From assembly GCA_963847705.1 (NCBI GenBank), contig CAWKBC010000030.1, positions 320,001 through 384,000 on the forward strand: a stretch of DNA of 64,000 nucleotides. Direction: 5' to 3'. Below the pieces are notes generated by a model that had not been told where the DNA came from, searched no databases, and saw nothing but the letters and a program-made list of their open reading frames with translations. The position numbers and the translations under genes are program-made. Shown in pieces: positions 41,630 to 51,589 of this stretch; position 1 is the stretch's first letter; the number at the start of each line of letters is the position of its first letter. This DNA is from an uncultured Pseudomonadota bacterium (GTDB lineage Bacteria > Myxococcota_A > Polyangia > Fen-1088).

Positions 41630-42653
41630 GCGGCGCTGGCGGGATCTCAGGAACGGATGGAGGCGCGGGAACGACCGGAGCCGCGGGCGCGCCCCGCGGG
41701 CTCGGCGGCGCATCAGGCGATCTTGGCGCTGCAGGTGGAAATTCGGCCCCAGGCGGTGGTTCGGGAGCGCGCGGAGCGGTCGGCGGATCCTCGGCGACTG
41801 GAACCGGCGGGTGTCAGGGACCGGTGGGACAAGCTCCCAAGCGGGAGCTGGCGGAACCGGCGCGGGAGGGGCCGGCGGCAGCTCGGGTGGATCGGGCGGC
41901 AATAGATCCGGCCTCGGCGTTGCCTGCTCCGCGCGCACAGACTGCCAATCTGGATTTTGCGTCGACGGCGTTTGTTGCGACTCGGCCTGCGACGGCGTGT
42001 GCGAGCAGTGCAGCTCAGCCGGCGTCTGCACGATGCCCGCGACCGACTCCGCGTGCGCACCCGTGAGTTGCCCGCAAAGCACCGCCTGCAAGACTTACAC
42101 GAGCAGCACTTTGTCGACAAACCTGTGCAAATCGCAGGGCGAGTGCAAGACGCCAAGCGACTGTCCATCTCAGTACACGGCGGTTCGCACTCCGTGCGGG
42201 GGGACAGCGCCGGATCAGATGCTTTGTGATGGCGCAGGCTCGTGTAAGCAGCCGACCGTCCTCTGCGGCGCTGCCGCGTCTTGTCCAACAATGCCTGGGA
42301 GCTGTGAGATCGTCGGTCAAGGCGGTACCCAAGCTTTGCCCGCGGTCAGCATCAGCTGTACGACAAGTGACAGTGGGTGCGGCTCGGCGAACGCCTACTG
42401 CGTCAACATCACGTGCGATGGCTCGAGCGATTGTCCAACAGGTACGGTGTGCTGCTGGGTCTCAGGAGGCGGCCAAAGTTCGACCTGCACGGCTGCTACG
42501 AATTGCACGAGCGGCCCTTACACCACGGCAAGCATCATGTGCGAACCGACGCTCGGCAACGCGGATTGTCCGTCCGGTCTAACTTGCTCGGGTGACTTCG
42601 GCGGTACGGCCATCTTCGGCGGCAGTGGCTCGAGCTATCACTACTGTAGGTAA
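41630..42653 (+). pseudogene. 5'-truncated Gly-linker plus Cys-rich protein
   Basis: No signal peptide or start codon. A Gly-rich linker in one frame (41630-41810) shifts into the Cys-rich frame (CQSGFCVDGVCCDSAC). Confidence 0.65.
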
Positions 42654-42725
42654 CCGGTTGGGAGCGGGCGGGCCGGGCTCCGAGTGTCGATCCTCGCGGC
42701 CATCTCGTCAGCCCATGATGTGCGG

Positions 42726-43460
42726 TTACTCGGTTGCGCCTGTGCCGATCTCCTCCCAGCTGAACTCGTAGCGCAGGTACAGCTCGTCGCCGACGCGCTC
42801 GAGTGACGCGAGCTTCGGGTCGGGGATCTGGTCGGGGGTGAAGCCGGGGCCGGTGGCGAGGGTGGGGGCGCGGGCGCCGCCGAGGATGCGGGGGACCAGC
42901 GTCAGGTGGAGGGCGTCGACGGCGCGGGCGGCGAAGAGCTGGGCGACCAGGGCGCCGCCGCCTTCGCAGAGCAAGGTCCGGATTCCGCGGCCGGTGAGCC
43001 AGGTCAGCACGTCCGGCATGGCCACGCGATCGCTCGAGAACTGGACCAGCTCGGCGACCGTGCCCAGGCGCGAGCGGGTCTCGGCGGGCATGGCCGGCGC
43101 GTGGAGGACGATCGACGGACCGCCCAGGGCCGGGTCGAACATGCGCTGCTCGGGTTTGATGCCGTCTCCGCTCGTGGTGACGACGATTCGTGCCGGCTCG
43201 GGCGCACCGCGGGCGCGGCGGGCGGCGCGTTCATCGGCGGGGACGGCCAGATCGGGGTTGTCGGCGCGCAGGTTCGTCGCGCCGATCAGGATCGCGTCGG
43301 CTTCCGCGCGCAGCGCCAGCATCCGCCGGAAGTCCTCGCGGTGGCGCGACATCATGAACTTCCCTTGGCGCAGCCCGGGCGCCGGGTTGATCTTGCCGTC
43401 GACCGACGAGGCGAAGTTCACCAGGACGCGCGGACGGTTTTGCGGTTGCGGCGTGGTCAT
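42726..43460 (-). CDS. RibD C-terminal-domain (DHFR-like) reductase
   Basis: Motifs ASSVDGKI, DAILIGATNLRADNP, LCEGG and PRILGG. Confidence 0.88.
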   Translation of the reverse strand: MTTPQPQNRPRVLVNFASSVDGKINPAPGLRQGKFMMSRHREDFRRMLALRAEADAILIGATNLRADNPDLAVPADERAARRARGAPEPARIVVTTSGDGIKPEQRMFDPALGGPSIVLHAPAMPAETRSRLGTVAELVQFSSDRVAMPDVLTWLTGRGIRTLLCEGGGALVAQLFAARAVDALHLTLVPRILGGARAPTLATGPGFTPDQIPDPKLASLERVGDELYLRYEFSWEEIGTGATE

Positions 43461-43798
43461 CGGAACGCCACCACCACCGCCGCGAGGATGAGCCCGAAGG
43501 AGACCAGATAGCGGGGCTGCACCCCTTCGCCCAGCCAGAGCGCCGCGAAGATCATGAACACCACCAGCGTGATCGCCTCTTGCATCACCTTGAGCTGGTA
43601 CGCCGACAGCGCCCGATAGCCGATCCTGTTCGCTGGCACTTGCAAGGTGTACTCGAAGAAGGCGATTCCCCAGCTCGCCAAGATGGCCACGATGAGTGGC
43701 GCCTTCCGGAAGCGGAGGTGCCCGTACCAGGCGATGGTCATGAAGGTGTTCGACAGCAGAAGGAGGCCAGCGGCCTTGGCGCGATCGTCGATCGTCAT
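43457..43798 (-). CDS. DMT-family small membrane protein (DUF486-like)
   Basis: Motifs SNTFMTIAWYGHL, EYTLQVPANRIG and QLKVMQE. Confidence 0.88.
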   Translation of the reverse strand: MTIDDRAKAAGLLLLSNTFMTIAWYGHLRFRKAPLIVAILASWGIAFFEYTLQVPANRIGYRALSAYQLKVMQEAITLVVFMIFAALWLGEGVQPRYLVSFGLILAAVVVAFR

Positions 43799-43965
43799 CC
43801 CGACATCTTAGCCAGACATCCTGGCCAGCTCATCCGACGATGAGATGCGCGGCCCCAAATCGGTGATCAGGAGCGCGAAGGATGAGACGACCTCGTCCCC
43901 TGACAGGCGATCCTCGTGCTTCCTGGTCCCCGGCGCGGTAGACACCCCGCACGGAGATCCACACC

Positions 43966-44169
43966 ATGAAGTTCAGACAGATCGTTTTGCTGGCCGGAAC
44001 ACAGGGGAATGCCACTCAGGGCATCGGGCTGACCGAGGACGGGGAGGCGGTTTGGTTGTCGGTGCGCGAGGAGAACCAGCTGCCCGCCGGGGTGCTGCGG
44101 AACCTGGAGGTGCGTGCCTTGAAGATCGTCGACAAGCGGGAGCCGGCGCCGACGACCGAGGTAGCGTAG
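43966..44169 (+). CDS. Small hypothetical protein
   Basis: GGAGA RBS and plausible composition. Confidence 0.5.
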   Translation: MKFRQIVLLAGTQGNATQGIGLTEDGEAVWLSVREENQLPAGVLRNLEVRALKIVDKREPAPTTEVA

Positions 44170-44181
44170 AGTCTCGGGACC

Positions 44182-44421
44182 ATGAACCATCCGGGCTGTA
44201 AGGCGAAGGCGACCGCGCACTGGGAAGAGGCACTCGACGCGTTGAAGGATGGTCCGGAGGAGATCCGGAAGGCGGTCAGCAATGCCTTCAGGTTCATCAC
44301 GGACACCGTCGAGATGCACCCGAACCTCACCTGCCCTTACTGCTCCGACCCGCTCGCCGTCGCTGCCGCCGCGGTCTCGGCCGGGGTGGCCGCCGCCACC
44401 GATCGCTCCGACCGCAAGTGA
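44182..44421 (+). CDS. Small hypothetical protein with CxxC
   Basis: Follows the previous ORF closely; contains CPYC. Confidence 0.45.
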   Translation: MNHPGCKAKATAHWEEALDALKDGPEEIRKAVSNAFRFITDTVEMHPNLTCPYCSDPLAVAAAAVSAGVAAATDRSDRK

Positions 44422-44538
44422 CCGAGCGGCGCGACGCGCTCCTTCCCTGATCCGAGGAGCGGCCCGGCCGCCAGATTGGGGTCCCTGAGGAGCTGCGGCG
44501 ATCGCCCACGGAGGGATCCATCGCGCGCCAGCCTCTCG

Positions 44539-44616
44539 GCGGAGGCGCTGGGGATGCCGCGGAGAACCTTCTGTAAGCGGCTCAGGGATTACGCGATCCC
44601 TCGACCGCGCCCCTAG
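44539..44616 (+). pseudogene. Orphan Fis-type HTH remnant
   Basis: AEALGMPRRTFCKRLRDYAIPRPRP* resembles the C-termini of myxobacterial sigma-54 activators. Confidence 0.5.
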
Positions 44617-44640
44617 ACCAGCGGACGGACGAATCGAAAC

Positions 44641-44730
44641 GAGGCGCGGCACTCGGCGGAGGCGCGGCACTCGGCGGAGGCGCGGCACTCGGCCGAGGCG
44701 CGGTACCCGGCGGAGGCGCAGCTCTCGCTG
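44641..44730 (+). repeat. 18-bp tandem repeat x5
   Basis: GAGGCGCGGCACTCGGCG units that degenerate toward the 3' end. Confidence 0.85.
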
Positions 44731-44875
44731 ATCGAGAAGCGGGACGACGCGACTGAATGCGCACGATTTACGTTTCGACGATCTCGCCGCCCTCGACGCG
44801 GACGTCGTTGGTCAGGATCAGGTCGCCGGTCGGCAGAATCGGGCGGATGGTCGGGCAGGGGTAGCGGCGAGGAGC

Positions 44876-45499
44876 TTAGACGCTCCTGACGATCGAGAAA
44901 GCTCGGTCCAGGCAGGCGCGGACGTCGGCCTTCCCCTGAGAGTCGGTCCATTCGTCGATGCCGCAGGTAAACGCCGCCAGCGCAGCGGCGACGATCACCC
45001 GGGCTGTGAGGTCCCTGGTCGGGGAATCGCGCAAGCGCTTGGCGAGCACCTTCGCGAGCTCTCGTTCCCAGATGGAACGCTTCTCGAAGCTCTTCCCCAC
45101 GAGGGCGGGCGTCGCCTTCGCGAGCCGGGTCATCGCCAGCGCCCACTTGGGGTTCTTGTCGTAGTAATGCAGGAGCGATCGCAGCGTGTCGCAGACGCTC
45201 TCGAATGGCGCCTCGCCCTTGGGCCGCGCCTCCAGCGCGGCGACCAGCTCGTCCGTGAGCTCCTCATACCAGGCGAACACCAGGTCTTCCTTGGTCGCGA
45301 AGTAGCGGAAGAGCGTGCGTTTGGACACCGCGAGCGGATCGACGATCTCGTCGATGGTGGTCTCCGCAAAGCCCTTGGCAGTGAAGAGCTGAATGGCCTG
45401 CCGCGACAGCTCGCTCTTCAGCTGGCGCTTGCGCCTCCCGCGCAGTCCTTCCTTGACCTCGGCCTGCGCCAGGTCGACCGACTGTTCGCTTCTCTTCAT
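44876..45499 (-). CDS. TetR-family regulator
   Basis: HTH: LFTAKGFAETTIDEI..VSKRTLFRYFATKEDL. Confidence 0.92.
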   Translation of the reverse strand: MKRSEQSVDLAQAEVKEGLRGRRKRQLKSELSRQAIQLFTAKGFAETTIDEIVDPLAVSKRTLFRYFATKEDLVFAWYEELTDELVAALEARPKGEAPFESVCDTLRSLLHYYDKNPKWALAMTRLAKATPALVGKSFEKRSIWERELAKVLAKRLRDSPTRDLTARVIVAAALAAFTCGIDEWTDSQGKADVRACLDRAFSIVRSV

Positions 45500-45528
45500 T
45501 CTCCCGAGGATAGGGCTGTGGCAAAAAC

Positions 45529-45574
45529 TGTCAACTTGTCACTTATTGACAAATGGCACTTGGTGACACAATAT
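45529..45574. promoter_or_regulatory. TetR operator palindromes overlapping a sigma-70-like promoter
   Basis: TTGTCA-CTTAT-TGACAA at 45536-45552 and TGGCAC-TTG-GTGACA. Promoter TTGACA (45546)-17 bp-CAATAT. Confidence 0.7.
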
Positions 45575-45592
45575 GGTCTTCAGGAGGTCGTC

Positions 45593-46504
45593 ATGGAAAG
45601 AAACGTTCTGATCACGGGTAGCGCATCGGGGCTGGGTCACCAGGCCGTCCGTCTCTTCGCGGAGCGCGGGTATCACGTTTTCGCCGGAGTCCGGCGGGCG
45701 GAGGACGCCGAGAAGGTCGCGCGGCTTCACCCCGCCGTCACGCCGATCCTGCTGGACGTCGCGGATCCGGCGCAGGTGGCGGGGGCGGCGGAGCAGGTCG
45801 ACCGCGCCTGCGGGCCGGCCGGCCTGGCCGTCCTGATCAACGCCGCGGGGAGCATCCTCTATGGGCCCATCGAGCACACCACCCGGGCGGAGGCGGCAGC
45901 GCTCTTCGAGGTGCTCACCTTCGGACCGTTCGAGCTGTCGAACCGCCTGTTGCCGGCGCTCAAGCGCTTCTCCGGCCGCGGCGCGGGACGGGCCAAGGTG
46001 CTCAACGTGATCTCCTGGGCATCCCTGGACGCCAACCCCTTCGTTGGCTTCTACGCCGCCGCCAAGGCGGCCCTGCTGCGCCTCACCCAGGCCCAGAACC
46101 TCGAGCTGGCCAAATTCGACGTCGACGCCATCGCCGTGGTGCCGGGGATGATGAAAACGCCCTTCGTCACGAGGGCGGAGGGCCAGATCGGCCAGGTCAT
46201 GGCGCACCTCCCTCCGCAGGGGCGCGACGACTACGGCGCAGGACTGGCGCAGATGGCGTCCATGAGCCGAGGCGCCGGTCAGAATCCGCTGGCGGCTTCT
46301 CCCGAGAGGGTTGCGCGCCAGTTGCTCGCCATCGCCGAGAAGCGCCGCCCCAGGCACCAGTACAACCTCGGGCTCGACACCGCGCTGGTTCGCTTCCTGA
46401 ACTTCGTGCTTCCGTCCTGGCTGCTGAAGGCCGCGAAGACGGCGCTCTTCGGGTTGAATCGCCGCCAGGACCGCCGCCTGGCCGCGGCTGTCGCAACCCG
46501 GTAA
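45593..46504 (+). CDS. SDR-family oxidoreductase
   Basis: AGGAGG RBS; motifs TGSASGLG, NAAG and YAAAK. Confidence 0.92.
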   Translation: MERNVLITGSASGLGHQAVRLFAERGYHVFAGVRRAEDAEKVARLHPAVTPILLDVADPAQVAGAAEQVDRACGPAGLAVLINAAGSILYGPIEHTTRAEAAALFEVLTFGPFELSNRLLPALKRFSGRGAGRAKVLNVISWASLDANPFVGFYAAAKAALLRLTQAQNLELAKFDVDAIAVVPGMMKTPFVTRAEGQIGQVMAHLPPQGRDDYGAGLAQMASMSRGAGQNPLAASPERVARQLLAIAEKRRPRHQYNLGLDTALVRFLNFVLPSWLLKAAKTALFGLNRRQDRRLAAAVATR

Positions 46505-46629
46505 CCCCAAGGGCATTGGCGCCGCCCGCCGTTCGGTCCACGCAGACCTCACGGCGGGCGGGGCCCCGCGTCGGCGGAAAACCGAATAGGATGCTTCGGG
46601 GGACCGCTCAGCCCCGAGAGAAATGCCGC

Positions 46630-48481
46630 GTGGCTCCCTCCTCCAGCCTCAAGCTCAAGCCGGCCGACCCGTTCGACCTGATCCGGTGGCTCGCTCGGAG
46701 TCAAAGCGATCCGCGCAAGGCGGTGGCGGAGTTGGTGCAGAACTCGCTGGATGCCAGGGCCCGGCGTGTGACGATTGAGCGGCGGCGCGTGCGGCGGGCG
46801 CCAGCGCTGGTCATCCGCGATGACGGCGAGGGGATCGTCCCGGAGCTGACGCGCGAAGGGGCGCTGCGGGCGATCGCCACCAACATCGGGCATTCACGCA
46901 AGCGGGGCCTGTCGCCGCGCGAGCGGCACGACGAGATGGTCGCCGGCAAGTACGGCATCGGCCTGCTCGGCTTCTGGTCGATCGGGCATCGCATGGAGAT
47001 CCGCTCGCGGGTGGGGGGTGGCGAGGTATGGGCGCTGCGGATGGTCGAGGATCAGGAGCGCGCGGAGCTGGTGCGTGAACGCATGGCCTTCGAGACCGCC
47101 GACACGTTCACGGAGGTCGTCATCGGCGAGCTGCACGATGCCGCCCAGCGGATCCTCACCGGGCGGCGGCTGAACGATTACCTGGCGTCGGAGCTGCGTG
47201 GGATGCTGCTGGCGACGGGGGCGGCGCTCGAAATCCAGGACCGGCTGGCGCGCGGCCTCGCCGAGAGGACGTTCGTCGTCGTGCCGCGGCGGTTCGTGGG
47301 CGAGCGCCTCGCGGTGCCGGAAATGGTTCCGGTCGAGGGCCATGCACCGGCCAAGATCGAGCTCTATCTCGCGCGCGGCGGCGATCGTGCGGCCATCGAG
47401 GTGAGCTGCGGCGGGACGTTGATCGCCGACGACGCGACGGAGCTGCGGCAGCTGGGGATGGAAGGTTTGGATCGGTCGCCTTGGACCGGCCGCGGCCTGG
47501 CGGGGCTCATCGAGTTCTCCGCTTTCCAGAATCCCACCGGGGACCCGGCGTGGGGTCATCCCCGACGCGGCGTCCGAGGCATTCGCGCGGGCGATGGTCG
47601 GGTACGCGACGCTGGTCGAAGCCGAGCTGGGCCGGCTCGATCGCGAGCGCCAGGCGACGACCAGCCGGCAACTCCTGACCGAGCTGCGCCGGGCGTTGCG
47701 CGGGCTGCGCGCGCGCCTGCCGCAATACGAGCTGCCGAAGGTCGAGGAGCCGGCGTCGTCGTCTGCAGGGACCACTCCAGTGGCTGGCGCCGGAGGTGCG
47801 GCGCCCGAGGGGCTTCCTCTCGGACAGGCCGACGGCGACATCGAGGATGCCGAACCGGACCCGGGGCCAACCGAGGAGGAACCGTCGCTGTTTCCGCCCG
47901 GGCCGCTGGCGACGGTCCGCATCGTCCCAGCGGAGGTCACGGTGCAGGCGGGACGCGAACGGAGGGTGCAAGCCATCGCGCTCGCTCGCGACGGCCGGCG
48001 GGTGCGCGGCGCAGTGTCGTTCGCCTGGTCCAGCGACAACGCGGCCGTCGAAATCGTCGGCGACGGCCCGAAGCCCCTCGTTCGCGTGCAGCCGGACGCG
48101 CGGGCGGACCTGCGCTGTGCGATCGCGGTCGTCGCGCGGCAGGACGCGGAGCAGGCCTCGGCCTCGGCCTCGGTGCGGATCGCCGATCGCCCGGAGCCGC
48201 CGACCGATCTCGCCGCCGGCGTTCCCGAGCCCGAGCTGGTCGACGATCCGGGCGGGCGCTGGCGCAGCCGCTTCGACGGGCGGCGATGGCAGGTCAACGC
48301 CAGCCATGACGACTACATCGCGCTCCGCGGCGAGCCCCAAACGCGGCTGCGCTATCTGCTCTCGCTGTTCGCCAAGGAGGTGGCGCTCCGCGCCCACGGC
48401 GTGCCAGGGAGCGAGGCGGCGCTGGAGAGCCTGGTCGAGATCCTGGCGCACGCGGAGCGGAACCTCGGGTCCGGAAGTTAG
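46630..48481 (+). CDS. GHKL (HATPase_c_3/MORC-like) ATPase with Ig-like C-terminal region; apparent frameshift near 47528
   Basis: ELVQNSLDA, IRDDGEGI, IGHSRK and GKYGIG motifs. Continues in ORF 47594..48481. Confidence 0.8.
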
Positions 48482-48637
48482 AGACCGCGCGTCGCGCAAC
48501 AACGCGTCCTCCGGCGGGGGCAAGGCGAGGCGCCTCCCGGCCGCGGGACGGGCGGCGGCATGCGTCTCACGGAGGGCCATCCGTGCAGCGAGTGAGACCA
48601 TGTTGATGTCGGCCCTGCGCTGTGCCACACCAAGAAA

Positions 48638-49348
48638 ATGACCCCTGAAGAGTCCCTCGATACGCTTTGGGACCACGCAATCGGCGGATGGGTCTGGGAC
48701 CTGTGCCGCGACGGCTTGGAGTCGGCGATCCTGAAGCCCCTTGCGCAGTGCCGCAGTGCCTCCCTGCATCTCGTGGACCGGATGCGGGGATTGGACAACT
48801 TCGCGGAGCGCAAGGTAGCAGCCACAATTGTCGGGTTCCTCGGTGCCCATGCGCCAGCGGACCTGCTCGACCAACTCTTCGAGGCGGAGGGCGCACGCGA
48901 CCGCGCGACGAAGAACGATGTCGAGCGGCTCGAGACCCAATCAGTCGTGGAGGACATCGTCTTCGCCGCTACTCGCTGGTGCCGAGATAGCGAACGTAAG
49001 GACGCCGGGCTCGGAGTGCTACGAAAGGTCGTAGAGCACACGCTCGCGGGCGAGTACTGGAATACGAGCAGCTACGCGATGATGGGGCTGGCGCGGCACG
49101 CGCCGGGAGACGCGCGGGACCTGCTGACGCGCTTCACCGTATATGCGAAGGGTTCTCCGCCGGCGCACCCGTCCAAGCCGACGATGGCTCAGGAGCGGGA
49201 ATTCGCCGACTCGATCGGAAACGGGAAGTGCGACGGTATTGAGAAGCACCTGTCACGTTGCGAAGCTGAAGCGGCTGCAGTGAAGTGGGACTCGCGCGGC
49301 CAGGGCGCATACGCAGCCTTCATGGCCGTGGCGCAGCAGGTGCCATAG
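48638..49348 (+). CDS. Hypothetical helical protein
   Basis: 236-aa ORF with protein-like composition; no family recognised. Confidence 0.65.
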   Translation: MTPEESLDTLWDHAIGGWVWDLCRDGLESAILKPLAQCRSASLHLVDRMRGLDNFAERKVAATIVGFLGAHAPADLLDQLFEAEGARDRATKNDVERLETQSVVEDIVFAATRWCRDSERKDAGLGVLRKVVEHTLAGEYWNTSSYAMMGLARHAPGDARDLLTRFTVYAKGSPPAHPSKPTMAQEREFADSIGNGKCDGIEKHLSRCEAEAAAVKWDSRGQGAYAAFMAVAQQVP

Positions 49349-49453
49349 AACGCAACCGAAGAGGCGGACCGCCACATATCGCTCTGAAAGCCTCAGCTGG
49401 GCGCGACGATCCATAACTCTTGACCGTATCTCGGCACCCGTCCGGGCGGAGAG

Positions 49454-49609
49454 GAGGTCATCGCGACGGACGAGCGGCTCGCCTGGTACGACGATCTGGA
49501 CGAGCAGGCAGACGACGCGATGACTGCGGCTGTGGGTACGTTGAGGGTCATGGGGGTAGGCCTGCGCGCCTCACTGAGCTCGGCCATCAACGGCAGCAGG
49601 TAGGCGCTG
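49454..49609 (+). pseudogene. RelE/HigB (Gp49-like) toxin remnant
   Basis: EVIATDERLAWYDDLDEQADDAMTAAVGTLRVMG..SSAINGSR*AL; no start codon and an internal stop. Confidence 0.55.
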
Positions 49610-49734
49610 GCGAAGCCATCTGAGGGTCCAAGTTACTCGGGCGTAGAGATGGTGGAGTCCAACGACCCGCGGAGACTCGGGGAGGCGGCCCGAATCTGGC
49701 GTCTCCCAAATTCCCGCGGCCTTTGTCGCGGCCC

Positions 49735-49863
49735 TTATCCGATTATCCGGCGAGGCCCAGCACGCCAAGGTAGCTAAATCGCGAGGGAATGGTCCTGCCA
49801 GGCCGCCGCGAGATTGCGGTGGTCAAGGATTATCCGACTGTGGAGAATACGAGTTATCCAGAC
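49735..49863 (+). other. Candidate attI-like site (first cassette junction)
   Basis: GTTATCCAGAC at 49853 is the exact partner of the cassette-1 R'' (GGATAAC, 51752). No attC hairpin lies upstream. TTATCC recurs at 49735, 49743 and 49830. Confidence 0.6.
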
Positions 49864-50054
49864 GGCAGTCCGACCCATGCTGTTAGCATCGCATCCGATG
49901 AAGGTCGTCTTAACGGTGGCGCTGGCCCTTCTGGAGTTAGGCGGATGTGGGAGCAACTCCGGGGTATGCCATGCCGGTTGTCTCTGCTATCGAACACCTC
50001 AGGACTGTCCAGCCGGTTGCTATCCATCGCTCACCCAATCGGTAGCGGAATCTG

Positions 50055-51125
50055 TCAACGCGTTTGAGACAGCGAGGGTGAGGAATCTAAGAGGCAAGCC
50101 TCGCTGAGCGAAGTCGGAATGCTGTCCTCGATGGTCACGGCGCTGGAGGTGAGGGGGTTGATGCTGACCTCGCTGGGAGGCAGCAGGACACGAGGAGCGC
50201 CGTGGGGGAAGCGCTCGGGATGGGCGGCGTGCGCAGCGTCCAGCGCCGCCTGGCGGACAATGCGTACCTGCTCGACGCGGCCGAAGAAAACGTCGGCCGG
50301 CGTGAACAGGGCGAGGTTGGAATGGTGGTGCTCGTCGTTGTGCCAGCCGAAGAACGGCGCGAGCCAGCCGCGGGCATGTAACTCGCCGGCGAAACGCCCC
50401 GGGTAGTCGGGTTGGTACTTCAACGTCTTGAACTGCGCCTCGCTGAAGGCGTTGTCGTCGGACACGTGCGGGCGGCTGAAGCTCCGCTGGACTCCGAGCG
50501 TCGCCAACAATTGCGCCAGTGTGTCGCTCTTCATCGCGGAGCCGCGATCCGCGTGGACGGTCAGGCCGGGCTCGACGCCGTGGCGGGCGATGGTCTCGGC
50601 GAATAGCTGCGCGGCCAGGTGCTTGCTCTCCTTCGGGGCCACCATCCAGCCGACGACGTATCGGCTGAACAGGTCGATGATGACGTACGCGTGCAGGAAC
50701 ACGCCCACGGCGGTCGAGGCCAGCTTCGTTATGTCCCAGGTCCACACCTGGTTCGGTGCCGTGGCCGTCAGCGAGGGCTTCGTGTACACGTGGGGCCGTC
50801 GCTGATTGCGACGCTCCTTCGTCTCGCCGCGCGCGGCGAGAACTCGGTAAATCGTGCGAATCGAGGCCAGGTAGATGCCGCGGCTGAGCAGCGTTGCATA
50901 GAGCTCCATCACCGACTGGTCGGCGAACTCCGCGCTGTGGACCGCAGCGAGAATCGCGGCGCGTTCGACGTCGCTCACGCGGCGTGGGCTCGGCGCCCGG
51001 GGTGACGGCCAATGCGGCGGTGCTGGCCGCGTGCCCCGGTACAGCATCGCGCGACTGACGCCCAACGCCTGGCACGCCGTTGTGATCGGGACGATCGGGT
51101 CGGCTAGATCTTCCACGAGGTCCAT
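50055..51125 (-). CDS. IS3-family transposase OrfB (DDE)
   Basis: Motifs PNQVWTWDIT, IDLFSR, HADRGS and DNAFSEAQFKTLK. Confidence 0.95.
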   Translation of the reverse strand: MDLVEDLADPIVPITTACQALGVSRAMLYRGTRPAPPHWPSPRAPSPRRVSDVERAAILAAVHSAEFADQSVMELYATLLSRGIYLASIRTIYRVLAARGETKERRNQRRPHVYTKPSLTATAPNQVWTWDITKLASTAVGVFLHAYVIIDLFSRYVVGWMVAPKESKHLAAQLFAETIARHGVEPGLTVHADRGSAMKSDTLAQLLATLGVQRSFSRPHVSDDNAFSEAQFKTLKYQPDYPGRFAGELHARGWLAPFFGWHNDEHHHSNLALFTPADVFFGRVEQVRIVRQAALDAAHAAHPERFPHGAPRVLLPPSEVSINPLTSSAVTIEDSIPTSLSEACLLDSSPSLSQTR

Positions 51126-51589
51126 CAGGTCTCGTCGTCGAGCACTGGCAGTGCGATGCCCAGAATCTCGTGCGCTTTTTTTTGGAGTGCGATGACGGCT
51201 TCAGCGATGTGCAGCTTGCGCTCGAGGACGGCGGTGCGCTTGAGCAACTGGGCGTTGAGGCGGTCCTTCGCGTCCAGCTTGGGCTTGCGACCCACCTTGC
51301 GCGGCGCGAGTCCTGCCGCGCCCTGCGCGCTGAGCTGCCCGCGCCATGACGACAGAGCGGAGCTGTAGAGGCCCTCCTCGCGCAGCATGGCCTCAAGCGC
51401 GCCGCGCTCCCCGCTGGCGATGCAGGCGTCCGCCTTCTTCACGATTCGTAATTTCTCGGCGGCGCTGAACGACCGCCTCGTGCGCTTCGGCGTCGTCTCT
51501 ACCGCAGCGCCACTGACCCCGAGCGCCTGCTGGCGTCGCTCGGCCTCGGGCATGGTTTCACGAACTGGGACTGGGGATGTCTTGAGCAA
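51125..51589 (-). CDS. IS3-family OrfA
   Basis: RRSFSAAEKLRI..REEGLYSS. An A8 slippery tract lies at 51176-51183 and there is a TGATG overlap with orfB. Confidence 0.9.
   Translation of the reverse strand: MLKTSPVPVRETMPEAERRQQALGVSGAAVETTPKRTRRSFSAAEKLRIVKKADACIASGERGALEAMLREEGLYSSALSSWRGQLSAQGAAGLAPRKVGRKPKLDAKDRLNAQLLKRTAVLERKLHIAEAVIALQKKAHEILGIALPVLDDET

Noticed and set aside
41489-42860. Duplicated segment as a DGR template/variable repeat pair
   Set aside because: Several mismatches are not at adenines, there is no reverse transcriptase in the window, and the target is a reductase C-terminus.
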